A stretch of 64,000 bases of DNA from an uncultured bacterium (GTDB taxonomy: Bacteria; Verrucomicrobiota; Verrucomicrobiia; Limisphaerales; UBA8199), in NCBI GenBank assembly GCA_963749495.1, contig CAVVMW010000030.1, forward strand, positions 128,001 to 192,000, read 5' to 3'. How positions within the stretch are numbered: position 1 is the first letter of the stretch; every line of letters begins with the position of its first letter. Both the position numbers and the translations under genes were made by a program. The notes beneath the pieces were generated by a model. The model did not search any database and was not told the DNA's origin. It worked only from the letters and a program-made list of their open reading frames with translations. Of this stretch, positions 34,184 to 44,377 are shown in pieces.

Positions 34184-35168
34184 TCCGCAACCAGCCTGTC
34201 AAGGTTAAAGAAGGCGGCGGAATCGAGTTCCAGCAACTCCGGCAGGTTCTTGTCCGGCACTCGCTTGAGCCGGGTCTCGAACTGCTCCATCGTCGTAACG
34301 AACACGTTCAGGTCCTTCATGGGCGTCTTCTCGACGATCGAGGAGAGCAGGTATGGGTTGTGTGTCGTAACGAAGTACTGATTGCTCTCATCCAGGGCCA
34401 TCCGCTCCGCGAAGTACTTCGTATAGAACGGAAAAGTGTTCGACTCGGCTCGTCCAGCAGCAGCGTCGCGTCGCTGTTGGTTTCCAGAACCGCCATCAGG
34501 AAAACGGCCCGCTGCAATGTTTCGGAGACACTGGTCCAGGGATAGCTGTAGAGCACTTCCTTCACATCCTTGGCAATGAACAATTCGTTTTCCCCCGGTC
34601 TGAGCTGCAGCCGGAACCCCTTTTCTCGGAACACCTCGCCGACTCTCTGCCTGAGGACCTCGTTGGTGTAAAGCACGGCGACGAGATTGTCTCCGAACGG
34701 CGGGTTTAACAACCCAGGCTGGCGGTTCGGGAATACCGTCAGCGGCTTGAAGAGATAGTATCGGATGGAACTCGGTGGGCCCGTCTTCGACAGGGCCGTC
34801 ACTGTACCGGAGTGATCCATATTGAATCCGCCCTCGGCATACTTGAACCCGCCCTCCGCATACCCGGGTCCGCCGCTCTCGCTCGCGCGGTACTCTGCGC
34901 CGTCAAACCGCACCACGATGCGCCGATCACCGGCTTCAACCCTAAGTTCGCTTGTTATCGTCTGGTCGAAGAACAGGTCCGCTGTCGTCCTGAAGCGCAG
35001 GACCTCTCTCAGTGAGGGCAAGAATGTCCCGGCGGCGTGGAGCGCCAGCGCCTGAAGGATGTTCGACTTCCCCGTGTTAGGCTCGCCGATGAAAACGTTG
35101 ACGCGCTTGGGCGAGATTTCCAGCTCGCGGATCGATTTGAAGTTCTTGATATTGATCCTGCTCAGCAT
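34180..35168 (-). CDS. AAA_21/AbiEii-like ABC-type ATPase; frameshift near 34445
   Basis: IKNFKSI, GEPNTGKSN Walker A, LLLDEP Walker B, FVTTHNPYLL H-loop in the second frame. Confidence 0.85.
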
Positions 35169-35267
35169 AGGTCCAGGGCTAGCTGCAAACCGAGTAAGGC
35201 AATTCCGCCCTCGGATCAATCCTTTTTCGCATCACGGACCGTGGCGGGGAGCCCGCGGACCCCGCGG

Positions 35268-35475
35268 GTGTCGCGTAGCGACGCCCTGAAGGTAGCCGTG
35301 GACTTCCAGTCCACGGTCCAGGGCGGTTGAAAAGGCCGTGCGTCGCGTAGCAACGCCTGAAGGTTCGGGCTTGGCGGGCCGGGCGGTTCAGGCGTCGCTA
35401 CGCGACGCTGGAGATGCTGGACCCTTGGTCCGTGGACTGGAAGTCCACGGCTACCATCATGCACCGCTACGCGGT
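35268..35475. repeat. REP-like palindrome cluster (GTCGCGTAGCGAC, CCGTGGACTTCCAGTCCACGG)
   Basis: Two inverted halves, each with hairpins. Confidence 0.7.
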
Positions 35476-35493
35476 GGGGAAGGCGACACCCAT

Positions 35494-36873
35494 TCACTTC
35501 GGCCTCCCGGGCAATTTCTTCGCCCGCGATTGTTCTTCAACCGGGGTTTGGCTCCCGGCCACTGGGCCGCCCTGGTGCTGGAAGGCGGACCTGGCCCCGG
35601 CCGGCCCGGAGTTAATGGCCGCCTTGGCCTCGGCGAGGTGGCCCTTGCCGATTGAATAACCGTTGAAGGCCCTGACCTGGCGGCCGGCGTGATAGGGCGC
35701 GGGCTTCCGCCCGAAGTTATACCTGATCATCTTCCAGTTGTCGCCGGGCTGGTAGTTGGAGCCCAGGGCGCCGCTGGGGTCGTAGCCGCAGTGGACCATG
35801 CAGTTTTCGCAACGGGGGTCGCGCGCCACGCCCTGGACCACGCCATACCGGTTCCAGTCCACCTGGTCGAGCATCTCCTGGTAACGCGCGTAGTGGCCGT
35901 CTGTCATCAGGTAGCAGGGGGCCTTCCAGCCGCGCACGTTGCGGGTGGGGATGGCCCAGGCGGTGCAAGTCAGCTCGCGTTTGCCGGCCAGGAACTCCTG
36001 ATAAACCGTCGTGCCGAAGATGGTGAAGCGCCTGGCCCATTCCTCGATCCGGGCGAATTTCTGCCGCGTCATCGCGCGGGTGAGGAAAAAGTCCTCGGGC
36101 CTCTTGCCCAGGCGCCGGGTCATGTCCTTCTTGGCCGCGTCGTAGTCGTAACCGGGTGAAATCGTGTGGCCGTCCACCTCGAGCGAGGAGAAGAACTCGA
36201 ACATCTGCTCCAGCTCCCGGACATCGGTCTCCTTGTACACCGTCGTGTTCGTCGCGACCTGGAAGCCGAGGATTTTCGCCATCCGAATGGCCTCGACGCA
36301 TTCCTTGAAGACCCCCTCGCGCTCGACGATGAGGTCGTGCGTGTATTCGAGGCCGTCCACGTGGACGTTCCAATACAGCCATTGGGTCGGGGCAATCACG
36401 GGCCGGCCGTCGCTCTTGCCCTTGCGGATCGCCTCGGTGTCCTTATCGGAGATGAGCTTTTCGGCCCCCAGCCGGGTGAGGGTCGGCTCAAGTCCGGGCG
36501 AATAGATCGCGGCCAGGTAGTCCTTGAGCTTCTTGCGCATGAACAGGGCATTGGTGCAGATATAGACGATGCGCCCCTGGGCGAGCAACCCGGCCGCCAA
36601 CTCCTCGATCTTGGGATAGATGAGCGGTTCGCCACCGCAAATCGAGACCATCGGCGCGTCGCATTCCCGGGCCGCCTCCAGGCAATCCTCCAGGCTCATC
36701 ATGTCCTTGAGGCTGGTCGAGTATTCGCGGATGCGGCCGCAGCCGGTGCAGGTCAGGTTGCAGGTGTGGAGCGGCTCCAACTGCAGCACCAGCGCAAAGC
36801 GCGGCGTGCGCAACAGCTTGTGTTTCACGATGTGACGGGCAATCTTGACCGTCAGCGCGAGTGGGAATCGCAT
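35494..36873 (-). CDS. hpnH: Adenosyl-hopene transferase HpnH (radical SAM, DUF3463)
   Basis: LVLQLEPLHTCNLTCTGCGRI, CTAWAIPT..GWKAPCY, DPRCENCMVHCGY. Confidence 0.9.
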   Translation of the reverse strand: MRFPLALTVKIARHIVKHKLLRTPRFALVLQLEPLHTCNLTCTGCGRIREYSTSLKDMMSLEDCLEAARECDAPMVSICGGEPLIYPKIEELAAGLLAQGRIVYICTNALFMRKKLKDYLAAIYSPGLEPTLTRLGAEKLISDKDTEAIRKGKSDGRPVIAPTQWLYWNVHVDGLEYTHDLIVEREGVFKECVEAIRMAKILGFQVATNTTVYKETDVRELEQMFEFFSSLEVDGHTISPGYDYDAAKKDMTRRLGKRPEDFFLTRAMTRQKFARIEEWARRFTIFGTTVYQEFLAGKRELTCTAWAIPTRNVRGWKAPCYLMTDGHYARYQEMLDQVDWNRYGVVQGVARDPRCENCMVHCGYDPSGALGSNYQPGDNWKMIRYNFGRKPAPYHAGRQVRAFNGYSIGKGHLAEAKAAINSGPAGARSAFQHQGGPVAGSQTPVEEQSRAKKLPGRPK

Positions 36874-36883
36874 AAGATGAAGC

Positions 36884-37102
36884 TTAAGAGCGTGCCAGCT
36901 CCTGGCCCGGCCCGTCCCCGGGCGGGGCCTGGCCTGGTGGCGGTGGCGGCGGCTCGGCCTTCAAGAGTCCTGGCACCAGGAACGAGGCCGGCGAAACGCT
37001 CTGCGAGGCGTTCAACCCGCCACACCCTGCAACCAACAGCACCAAAGCCGGGATGAGGGCGAAACGTGCGACTTTCGGATTTATGCTCACTGGAATTAAC
37101 AT
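36884..37102 (-). CDS. Small lipoprotein
   Basis: Lipobox LVAGC followed by GGLNASQSVSPASFLVPGLL. Confidence 0.65.
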   Translation of the reverse strand: MLIPVSINPKVARFALIPALVLLVAGCGGLNASQSVSPASFLVPGLLKAEPPPPPPGQAPPGDGPGQELARS

Positions 37103-37133
37103 TATAGTTAAATCATGCGGCCCGCAACACTTA

Positions 37134-37684
37134 AGTGCGGAGTGCGGAGTGCAGAATGCGGAATGCGTCAAGCGGTAAACGGGGCCGATACCCACAATCG
37201 GGATCAAACGACTGCGGAGTTTGGAATGAGAACTGAAAGCCAAGTCACGCAACCTGCCGGGCAAAGGGCGCCCCCTGCGGAGTGCAGAGTGCGGCGTGCA
37301 GAATGCGGAATGCGTCAAGCGGTAAACGGGGCCGATACCCACAATCGGGATCAAACGACTGCGGAGTTTGGAATGAGAACTGAAAGCCAAGTCACGCGAC
37401 CTGCCGGGCAAAGGGCGCCCCCTGCGGAGTGCAGAGTGCGGAGTGCAGAATGCGGAATGCGTCAAGCGGTAAACGGGGCCGATACCCCAAATCGGGATCA
37501 AACGACTGCGGAGTTTGGAATGAGAACTGAAAGCCAAGTCACGCGACCTGCCGGGCAAAGGGCGCCCCCTGCGGAGTGCGGAGTGCAGAGTGCAGAATGC
37601 GGAATGCGTCAAGCGGTAAACGGGGCCGATACCCCAAATCGGGATCAAACGACTGTGGAGTGTGGAATGAGAACTAAAAGTCAA
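37134..37684. repeat. Tandem repeat, 147-bp unit, about 3.7 copies
   Basis: GTCAAGCGGTAAAC at 37167, 37314, 37461 and 37608. Confidence 0.95.
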
Positions 37685-37873
37685 GCTATGCGCCCCGAGG
37701 ATTTCAACGCGGGATGCGCGGCCGAGACCGCCGGTGCAATCCACCCCGAAGGGATGAAAGAAGGTAGCCGGGGGTCGAAGCGCAGCGAGACCCCCGGTTC
37801 ATCGGCGACGCGGCTCCGCATCCCGGAGGGATGCCAGAGGACAGGTCACACGCGATGCTGCGCCCAACTCCTC

Positions 37874-38683
37874 ATGCTCGCACTATCCTTGGGCCTCCTG
37901 CTCGTGCCCATTATAGCCCATGGTCGTCCCCAAGCAGACCCGGCGCCCGAATCGGGTCCGCATTCCGCATTCCGCACTCTGCATTCCGCACTTGCCGAGT
38001 CCACCGCTTACTTCCAGGCCCTCCTCCTGCAAGACCAGGCCCGCTATCGCCGGGAACCGGCCAATCCCCAGGCCGCCACCGAGTTTGGCTGCGCCTGTTT
38101 CCGGCTGGCCGAGTACGCTACCAACCAGGCCCAGCGAGCCCAACTGGCCGAGCAAGGCATCGCCGCCTGCCGGCAGGCGCTCGCCCTGGGCACCAACTCG
38201 GCCCCCGCCCACTACTACCTGGGAGTGAACCTGGGCCAACTGGCCCGAACCAAAGGGTTTGGGGCCTTGAAGCTCGTCAGCCAGATGCGGCAGGAGTTCA
38301 ACCTCGCCCGCAGCCTCGACGGGCGCGTCGATTTCGCCGGACCCGACCGCAACCTGGGCCAAATCTACCGCGACGCGCCCGCCCTCATCAGCATCGGCAA
38401 TCGCGCCCTGGCCGAGCAGCACCTCCGGCGCGCGGTGCTCCTGGCGCCGGAGTTCCCCGACAACTACCTGGAATTGATCGAAGGCTGCCTCAAATGGGGC
38501 GAGCGCGACCAGGCCCGCCGCCAACTGGCCGCGCTGGAGGCCGCCTGGCCCACCGCCCGCGCCAGGCTCGCCGGGTCCGCCTGGGCCGGCAGTTGGGCCG
38601 ACTGGACCGACCAGGTGCGAAGGTTCAAGAAGAAGGCCGGCGAACCCCAGCCCGCCCTCGAAGCGCCCAGACAAAGGAAGTAG
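37874..38683 (+). CDS. TPR/TatT-like secreted protein
   Basis: Signal peptide; AHYYLGVNLGQLA, AGPDRNLG..Y.DAP; ORF open upstream to 37115 through the repeat, start uncertain. Confidence 0.7.
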   Translation: MLALSLGLLLVPIIAHGRPQADPAPESGPHSAFRTLHSALAESTAYFQALLLQDQARYRREPANPQAATEFGCACFRLAEYATNQAQRAQLAEQGIAACRQALALGTNSAPAHYYLGVNLGQLARTKGFGALKLVSQMRQEFNLARSLDGRVDFAGPDRNLGQIYRDAPALISIGNRALAEQHLRRAVLLAPEFPDNYLELIEGCLKWGERDQARRQLAALEAAWPTARARLAGSAWAGSWADWTDQVRRFKKKAGEPQPALEAPRQRK

Positions 38684-38692
38684 AGCCGGCCC

Positions 38693-39133
38693 ATGTGCGA
38701 CCTGTTAGTCATCGGCTACGGCAACACACTCCGCCGCGACGACGGCGTCGGCCCCCGTGTGGCCGAGGCCGTCGCGGCGCTGGCCTGGCCGGGCGTTCAG
38801 GCCCTGGCCTGCGCGCTCCTGGTTCCCGAGTTGGCCGAGCCGGTGGCGCGCGCGCGGGTGGTCATCTTCGTCGATGCGGCGCTGGACGCGCTGCGCCAGG
38901 TCCAACTGCGCCCGCTGGCCCCCGCTGAGTCTCGCCGCATCCTCGCCCACGCAGCGGACCCGCGCACCGTGCTCGCCCTGGCGCGCGACCTCTTCGGCGG
39001 TGCGCCGCAGGCCTGGTGGCTCACGATCCCCGTCGAGGACCTGGCCATCGGCGACCAGTTCTCCCCCCTGGCCCGGCAGGGCTTCGAAATCGCCATCCAG
39101 CGGATCAAGGAGTGCGCCGGGGCGGGGCGTTAG
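38693..39133 (+). CDS. Hydrogenase maturation protease family protein
   Basis: LVIGYGNTLRRDDGVGP, VIFVDA. Confidence 0.88.
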   Translation: MCDLLVIGYGNTLRRDDGVGPRVAEAVAALAWPGVQALACALLVPELAEPVARARVVIFVDAALDALRQVQLRPLAPAESRRILAHAADPRTVLALARDLFGGAPQAWWLTIPVEDLAIGDQFSPLARQGFEIAIQRIKECAGAGR

Positions 39134-39140
39134 AGGGGCT

Positions 39141-39262
39141 GGCAAAAGTAACCTGGGAGCTCCGATCCCAGACCTTTGTCGCAACCTTTGTCGGGGCATG
39201 GCCAACCCGACAAAGGTTGCGACAGAGGTTGCGACAAAGGTCCGGAATCGCGGCGCTCGTGG
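39141..39262. repeat. 12-mer palindromic element (same subfamily as 10882, inverted)
   Basis: Shared flanks CTGGGAGCTCCGATCCCAGA and TCCGGAATCGCGGCGCTCGT. Confidence 0.85.
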
Positions 39263-39307
39263 AAACATGCGCTATGCCCACCGCCTCGTTGCACCAAACA
39301 GTCAGGC

Positions 39308-40267
39308 TTACTGCGGTTTACCACTTCCGGAGAGCGCTTGCGCCGCAGGGGCCTCGGGGCCTGGTCCGGCGGCGGCGGCCCGTCCGGCGCGGTATTGGGT
39401 GGGGGACATGCCAACGCGTTTGCGGAACACGGTGTTGAAGTGGGGAACAGACCCGAAGCCGGCCGCGAAGGCCACCTCGCTGACCCGCGCCGAATGGTCC
39501 GCCAGCAGGCGCTTGGCCTCCTCGACCCGCACGCGTGAGATGTAGTCCATGAGCGTTATCCCCGTGGCAGCGCGGAAGACGCGGCAGAAATGGTAAGGGC
39601 TCAGGTGGACGGCGGCGGCCACCTGCCGCAGGGCCATCGGCTCGGCCACGTGCGATTGGATGAACTGCCTGGCGCGGGTAACCGACTGTGGCTCCTCGGG
39701 CCGAATCTCGGCCCACAATCGCTCGGCACACTCGCCAAGGTGGCGGGCAAAAAGAACCAGCAACTCCCGCATCGCCCCCAATTGCTCGGCCGAGACCACC
39801 CGGCCTTCGAAAAAGGCCCGCTCGATCTGCGCCAGCGCGCCGTTGAAGCCCCAGAGTGTGAGTTGCCTGGCGAGCTGCTCGAAATCGGCCCGCGTGGGCT
39901 GCTCCGAAAACACCCGGCCCGCCAGCCAGGTCGCCACATGCTGGCCCGCTGCCAGGACCGGGACCGCCACCACAGACAGCCCGGCAAAACAACGCACCGT
40001 TTGGGCAGCGCCCGTCCGGCCCGCCAGGCACTGCGCCCCCGCCTCCTCCCGGAAACAGACCGCCGCCGCGCTCGCGTGGGCCGCCATCAGGCGGCAGAAC
40101 CCCCTCTCGCAGGTCCCAAGCGGCAGATCCAGCCCCGCGCCGGCCAACGGCAACAACTGCAGCGTCAGGCCTGTCAGCTTCCGGAACGCCTCCTCGTATT
40201 CCTGCACCAAGGGCAATCCCGCCAGCCTCTGAAAGTCCACTTCTCGCGCGCTGTGCATAAGGACCAT
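39308..40267 (-). CDS. AraC-family regulator with PocR sensor domain
   Basis: FCRLM..C..CFAGL..VAVPV; C-terminal AraC HTH VAFAAGFGSVPHFNTVFRKRVGMSPTQYR. Confidence 0.9.
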   Translation of the reverse strand: MVLMHSAREVDFQRLAGLPLVQEYEEAFRKLTGLTLQLLPLAGAGLDLPLGTCERGFCRLMAAHASAAAVCFREEAGAQCLAGRTGAAQTVRCFAGLSVVAVPVLAAGQHVATWLAGRVFSEQPTRADFEQLARQLTLWGFNGALAQIERAFFEGRVVSAEQLGAMRELLVLFARHLGECAERLWAEIRPEEPQSVTRARQFIQSHVAEPMALRQVAAAVHLSPYHFCRVFRAATGITLMDYISRVRVEEAKRLLADHSARVSEVAFAAGFGSVPHFNTVFRKRVGMSPTQYRAGRAAAAGPGPEAPAAQALSGSGKPQ

Positions 40268-40314
40268 ACCAGCTTATCATAAGCACGGAGCAGAAGCAAT
40301 CTGAGGCAAGTGCG

Positions 40315-40586
40315 GGGGTGCGATTAAAACTGCCGGTCAACCCAGGGGGCCTTTTTGCCCCGAAGGGGCTTCCGACAATAGCCCGGCGTTTCAACGCCGG
40401 GTGAGCGGACCCAAGGAGCAGGCCCGTCCCGAAGGGACGGCTGAAGGCAAGGAGTGTTCTCAGTCGTCCCTTCGGGACGAGGGTCCCTTTTGCGGCCTGC
40501 CCGGCGTTGAAACGCCGGGCTATTGTCAGATGTCCCTCCGGGACAAAACTCTCGGGGGGGATGCCCGACGCTTTTAATCGCACCCC
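40315..40586. mobile_element. 272-bp MITE-like element enclosing a REP doublet
   Basis: Perfect 15-bp TIR GGGGTGCGATTAAAA; flanks AAGTGCG/AAGTGTG. Confidence 0.7.
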
Positions 40587-40601
40587 AAGTGTGGTCTGGG
40601 C

Positions 40602-41343
40602 TCAGGGACGATAGCCGCTCATCAAGCCCAGCATCTCCTTGACTGCCGCCGCCAGGCCGATGGTCAGCGCCCGGCTGACGATGCTGTGGCCGATGTTGAG
40701 CTCCACCAGGTGCGGCACCCGATACAGGAGACGAAAGTTCTGATAATTGAGTCCGTGGCCGGCATTGACTTTCAGGCCCAGGGCGTGCGCCTGCCGCGCC
40801 CCCTCAATCAGCCGCTTGAGTTCCGCCTCCCGCCCGGTCTCCTCGCCAAGGGCCTCGGCAAACGCGCCGGTGTGCAACTCGATGAACTGGCTGCCCGTGC
40901 GCGCCGCTGCCTCGATTTGCGCCGGGTCGGGCGCGATGAACAGGCTCACCTCGATGCCCGCGTCATTGAGCCGCTGGCGCGTCTGGCGCAGGGCCGGCAG
41001 GTTGGCCGCCACGTCCAGGCCCCCTTCGGTGGTGACCTCCAACCGCCGCTCCGGCACCAGGCAGGTGATGTCCGGCTGGAGCTTGAGCGCTATGCCCACG
41101 ATCTCAGGCGCGTTGGCCATCTCCAGGTTGAGCCGGGTCCGGATGACCTCGCGCAGTTTCCAGAACGTCGCGGTCCTGGATGTGCCGCCGGTCCTCCCGC
41201 AGGTGCGCCGTAATCCCGTGCGCCCCGGCCTCCTCGCACACCAGCGCCGCGGCCACCGGGTCGGGTTCGCCCCGGCCCCGCCCACGGTAACGCGCCTCCC
41301 GCAACGTCGCGACATGATCGATATTGACACCCAGCTTCAACAT
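40602..41343 (-). CDS. pdxJ: Pyridoxine 5'-phosphate synthase; frameshift near 41160
   Basis: [53 protein letters not shown]. Confidence 0.93.
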
Positions 41344-41361
41344 ACGGTCAAATTATGATTC

Positions 41362-41865
41362 ATGTGGTTTGTTATCAAGTACTGGTTGCCGGTCCTGGTG
41401 TGGATGGGGCTCATCTTCACCGGGTCGGCCGACTCGTCGTCAGGGCCTCATGTCTCGCGCCTGGTGGCGCCGGTCGTGCGCTGGTTTTTCCCTCATATTT
41501 CCGACCAGGCGCTGGACAGCGTGGTGGTCTGCGTCCGGAAATGCGGGCACCTCACCGAATACGCCGTGCTGGCGATGCTGCTCTGGCGCGCGCTGGGCAG
41601 GCGCCCTGGCATTGACGCCGCTCCCCGCCGCTGGCCGGCCGCTGGGCTGGCCCTGCTCCTGGCTGCGCTTTACGCCGCCAGCGATGAATTCCACCAGACC
41701 TTCGTCCCCACCCGCACCGGGTCGGCATTGGACGTCCTGCTGGATACCTTCGGGGCCATGCTGGGCCTGGCCGCTTGTCTCGCATTTGGCGCCCTGCTCG
41801 TGCCTCTCCGCGGGCGGCTCAGAAGCCGCCCTTACCGGCAGGGTGGAAGGCCTGCCCCACAGTAG
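41362..41865 (+). CDS. VanZ-family membrane protein
   Basis: RKCGHLTEYAVL, YAASDEFHQTFVPTRTGS..DV..D. Confidence 0.85.
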   Translation: MWFVIKYWLPVLVWMGLIFTGSADSSSGPHVSRLVAPVVRWFFPHISDQALDSVVVCVRKCGHLTEYAVLAMLLWRALGRRPGIDAAPRRWPAAGLALLLAALYAASDEFHQTFVPTRTGSALDVLLDTFGAMLGLAACLAFGALLVPLRGRLRSRPYRQGGRPAPQ

Positions 41866-41890
41866 GTCGCCCAACGTGGAGCGCTAATTG

Positions 41891-42030
41891 GAGCCTGTCC
41901 CAAAAGCTCTGATTCCGGACCTTTGTCGCAGCCTTTGTCGGCACCTTTGTCGAGAAATGGCCAATCCGACAAAGGTTTCGACAAAGGCTGCGACAAAGGT
42001 CCCCCACTCGCGAGGTTTTGGGACAGGCTC
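41891..42030. mobile_element. MITE-like element: 12-mer palindromic core with GAGCCTGTCCCAAAA terminal inverted repeats
   Basis: Perfect 15-bp TIR; 3+3 core units; flanks TAATTG/TATTTG. Confidence 0.75.
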
Positions 42031-42100
42031 TATTTGGTTGACAATGACGCGGGAACATGGAGATAATCGCGCAACTCAACTCATCTCAACTCCACGATTT

Positions 42101-43174
42101 ATGAGAGCGAACTCAAGGAAGCAAACCGAGCAGATCAACCGGCGCGGGTTTTTGTGCGAGACGGCCGTGGCGACGGCCGGTCTGGTGGCCGGAGTGCCCG
42201 CGTTGCGGGCTGCCGAATCCGGGGCCAAACCGCTGAACTACAACCCGGACATGGAATACCGGCGCTTGGGCAAGACCGGCCTGCAGATCTCGGCCGTCTG
42301 CCTCGGGGGCCATTGGAAGCGGATCGACACCGTGGCCTCCGGCGAGACCGACAGCCCCGATTTCCAGAAGAACCGCTCCGACGTGGTGAGCCGCTGCATC
42401 GAGCGCGGCGTCAACTACATCGATGCCTGCACCGGCATCGAGGTTATGGTCTATAGCCGCGCCCTCAAAGGGCGGCGCCAGCAAATGCACCTGGGCTTCT
42501 CCTGGTTCGAGGAGGAGATGCGCAACGCCAATTGCCGCACCGCGGCCAAATTGCTCGAGACCTTCGACAAGGGCATGAAGCAGGCGGGGTTGGATTATGT
42601 CAACCTGTGGCGCGTCACCATGCTCGAACAGAGCGGCCAGCACACACCTGCCGAGGTCAATGAAATGATGAAGGCCCTCCAGAAGGCCAAACAACAGGGC
42701 AAGGCCCGCTTCACCGGCTTTTCCTCCCACGACCGTCCGCACATCAAGTGGATGATCGAGACCTATCCGCAGGTGGTGGACGTTGTCTGCACACCCTACA
42801 CGGCCAGGACCAAGGTCCTGCCAACCGACAGCCTCTTCGAGGCCGTGCGCAAGCAGGACGTGGGCGTCTTTGGCATCAAGCCGTTTGCCAGCAACTCCCT
42901 CTTCAAGGGAAACAGCGCCCTCCACTCTCCCACCGCCGAGGAAGACAGCCGCATCGCCCGCCTCGCCATCCGCAACATCCTGAGCAACCCCGCCATCACC
43001 GCCCCAATCCCCGGCCTTATCAACCTCGACCAGGTCGATAACGCCGCCAAGGCCGTTCGCGAGCGCCGCCAACTGGACGCCAAGGAGCAGGCCGACCTCG
43101 AACGCGCCGGCACCCGGATGTGGGCCCGGCTCCCTCACGACTACCAGTGGCTCAAGGACTTCGAATACGTGTGA
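42101..43174 (+). CDS. Aldo/keto reductase with Tat-like signal
   Basis: NRRGFL; MEYRRLGKTGL..S; GVNYID; ARFTGFSSHDR. Confidence 0.85.
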   Translation: MRANSRKQTEQINRRGFLCETAVATAGLVAGVPALRAAESGAKPLNYNPDMEYRRLGKTGLQISAVCLGGHWKRIDTVASGETDSPDFQKNRSDVVSRCIERGVNYIDACTGIEVMVYSRALKGRRQQMHLGFSWFEEEMRNANCRTAAKLLETFDKGMKQAGLDYVNLWRVTMLEQSGQHTPAEVNEMMKALQKAKQQGKARFTGFSSHDRPHIKWMIETYPQVVDVVCTPYTARTKVLPTDSLFEAVRKQDVGVFGIKPFASNSLFKGNSALHSPTAEEDSRIARLAIRNILSNPAITAPIPGLINLDQVDNAAKAVRERRQLDAKEQADLERAGTRMWARLPHDYQWLKDFEYV

Positions 43175-43182
43175 GCGGCCCA

Positions 43183-43340
43183 TTGAATTGCAAATTGAAA
43201 ATTGCAGACTGCAAATTGCACATTGGCGGTTGACCCGGAGCGGATACCTGGGTTCTGGGCCAGGCCTGATGGTTTTTCAAACGGCGGATGACCCTTTTGC
43301 AGTTTTCAATTTTCAATTTTCAATTTTCAATTTTCAATTC
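43183..43340. repeat. Inverted pair of AT-rich heptamer arrays: (ATTGMAA)n and (TTTTCAA)n
   Basis: 43183-43224 and 43296-43340. Confidence 0.8.
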
Positions 43341-43392
43341 ACCTGATTAACGGTCCTCCGCACCCTCTTGCACCTCCCGTTGCGCACTTCCT

Positions 43393-43953
43393 TTGCCCTG
43401 CTCATCACAGGCTCTGCTTGCAGGCGCGCAAAGCACCCCCCCGCGCCCGCCGCCGCTGCCGTCCCCACCGCCTCCCACAGCCCAACTCCCGGCCGCGCCC
43501 CCGGCCGCCCCGCCCGGTCCGCTGGCCGATAACAGCCGCTGCTTTGTCTGCCACGCCAATTACGAGGACGAACCCCTCGCCGTTGCCCATGCCAAGGGCA
43601 ACGTCGGCTGCACCCGCTGTCACGGCGAGTCCTCGCCTCATTCCACGGACGAAGACGGGCTCACCGCTCCCGACCGGATGTTCCGCAAGGGCGTCCTCCG
43701 GCTCAATTGCCTGACCTGCCACGATTGGACCCGCCTCATCGCCAGCGATGCCGCCAAACGCGATCGGGCCGATCTCAAGGAAAAACCCGATCACCTCGCG
43801 GTCCTCGAAGGCCGTGTCCAGGACAAACGCTTCTGCACCGACTGCCACGGCGAGCACCGCATGTACTATCGCACCCGCGTCTGGGACAAACGCTCCGGGG
43901 CGCTCCTGGCCAAGGACGGCACCCCCAGGATGCTCCCGGCGCCGCCCAAGTAG
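43393..43953 (+). CDS. Tetraheme cytochrome c
   Basis: CFVCH, CTRCH, CLTCH, CTDCH; start uncertain. Confidence 0.8.
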   Translation: MPCSSQALLAGAQSTPPRPPPLPSPPPPTAQLPAAPPAAPPGPLADNSRCFVCHANYEDEPLAVAHAKGNVGCTRCHGESSPHSTDEDGLTAPDRMFRKGVLRLNCLTCHDWTRLIASDAAKRDRADLKEKPDHLAVLEGRVQDKRFCTDCHGEHRMYYRTRVWDKRSGALLAKDGTPRMLPAPPK

Positions 43954-44108
43954 TCGGAGCCACGGACCCTCGGAACGCGAAAGCGGTCCCGATGCACCGG
44001 GAGCGCAGTCCGGAGCCTTCGGATCTGGCGACGGTTCCTGGAGAGCCTCGACGATTTTGAAAAACGCGCATTGGGACCATGAACCGGAAGGGCGCCGCCC
44101 AACGCGAA

Positions 44109-44191
44109 GCGTTTTGGACTGCGCCAGTCCTCTGGCGCTTTTTGGACTCTGGGGACACGAAAGCGCCAGAGGACTGGCGCAGTCCAAAACC
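44109..44191. repeat. REP-like hairpin
   Basis: GTTTTGGACTGCGCCAGTCCTCTGGCGCTTT ... AAAGCGCCAGAGGACTGGCGCAGTCCAAAAC. Confidence 0.8.
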
Positions 44192-44377
44192 TTCGGATTT
44201 GGCGACGTGCTCAGGACGGGCCTGGCCCTGGCGGCGCCGGGCGGCCAGCACCTGCTCGTCAAATGGCGCCTCACCCACTACGCCGTCGAGTTGAGCCAGG
44301 GGCCGATGGTCCACCATCAGCGGCCCGCCGAAGTGATTCGGATTGATCCCGTCTGATTGCTGGCGCACCTTGCGGCC

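Noticed and set aside
37134..37684. Possible CRISPR array
   Set aside because: Whole units are near-identical, so there are no unique spacers, and there are no cas genes in the window.
38693..39133. Orphan hydrogenase maturation protease as a sign of a novel pathway
   Set aside because: Hydrogenase genes may lie elsewhere in the genome; nothing local supports more.
44205..44356. Coding-like fragment upstream of panC
   Set aside because: No start and no recognisable family; cannot be supported as a gene.
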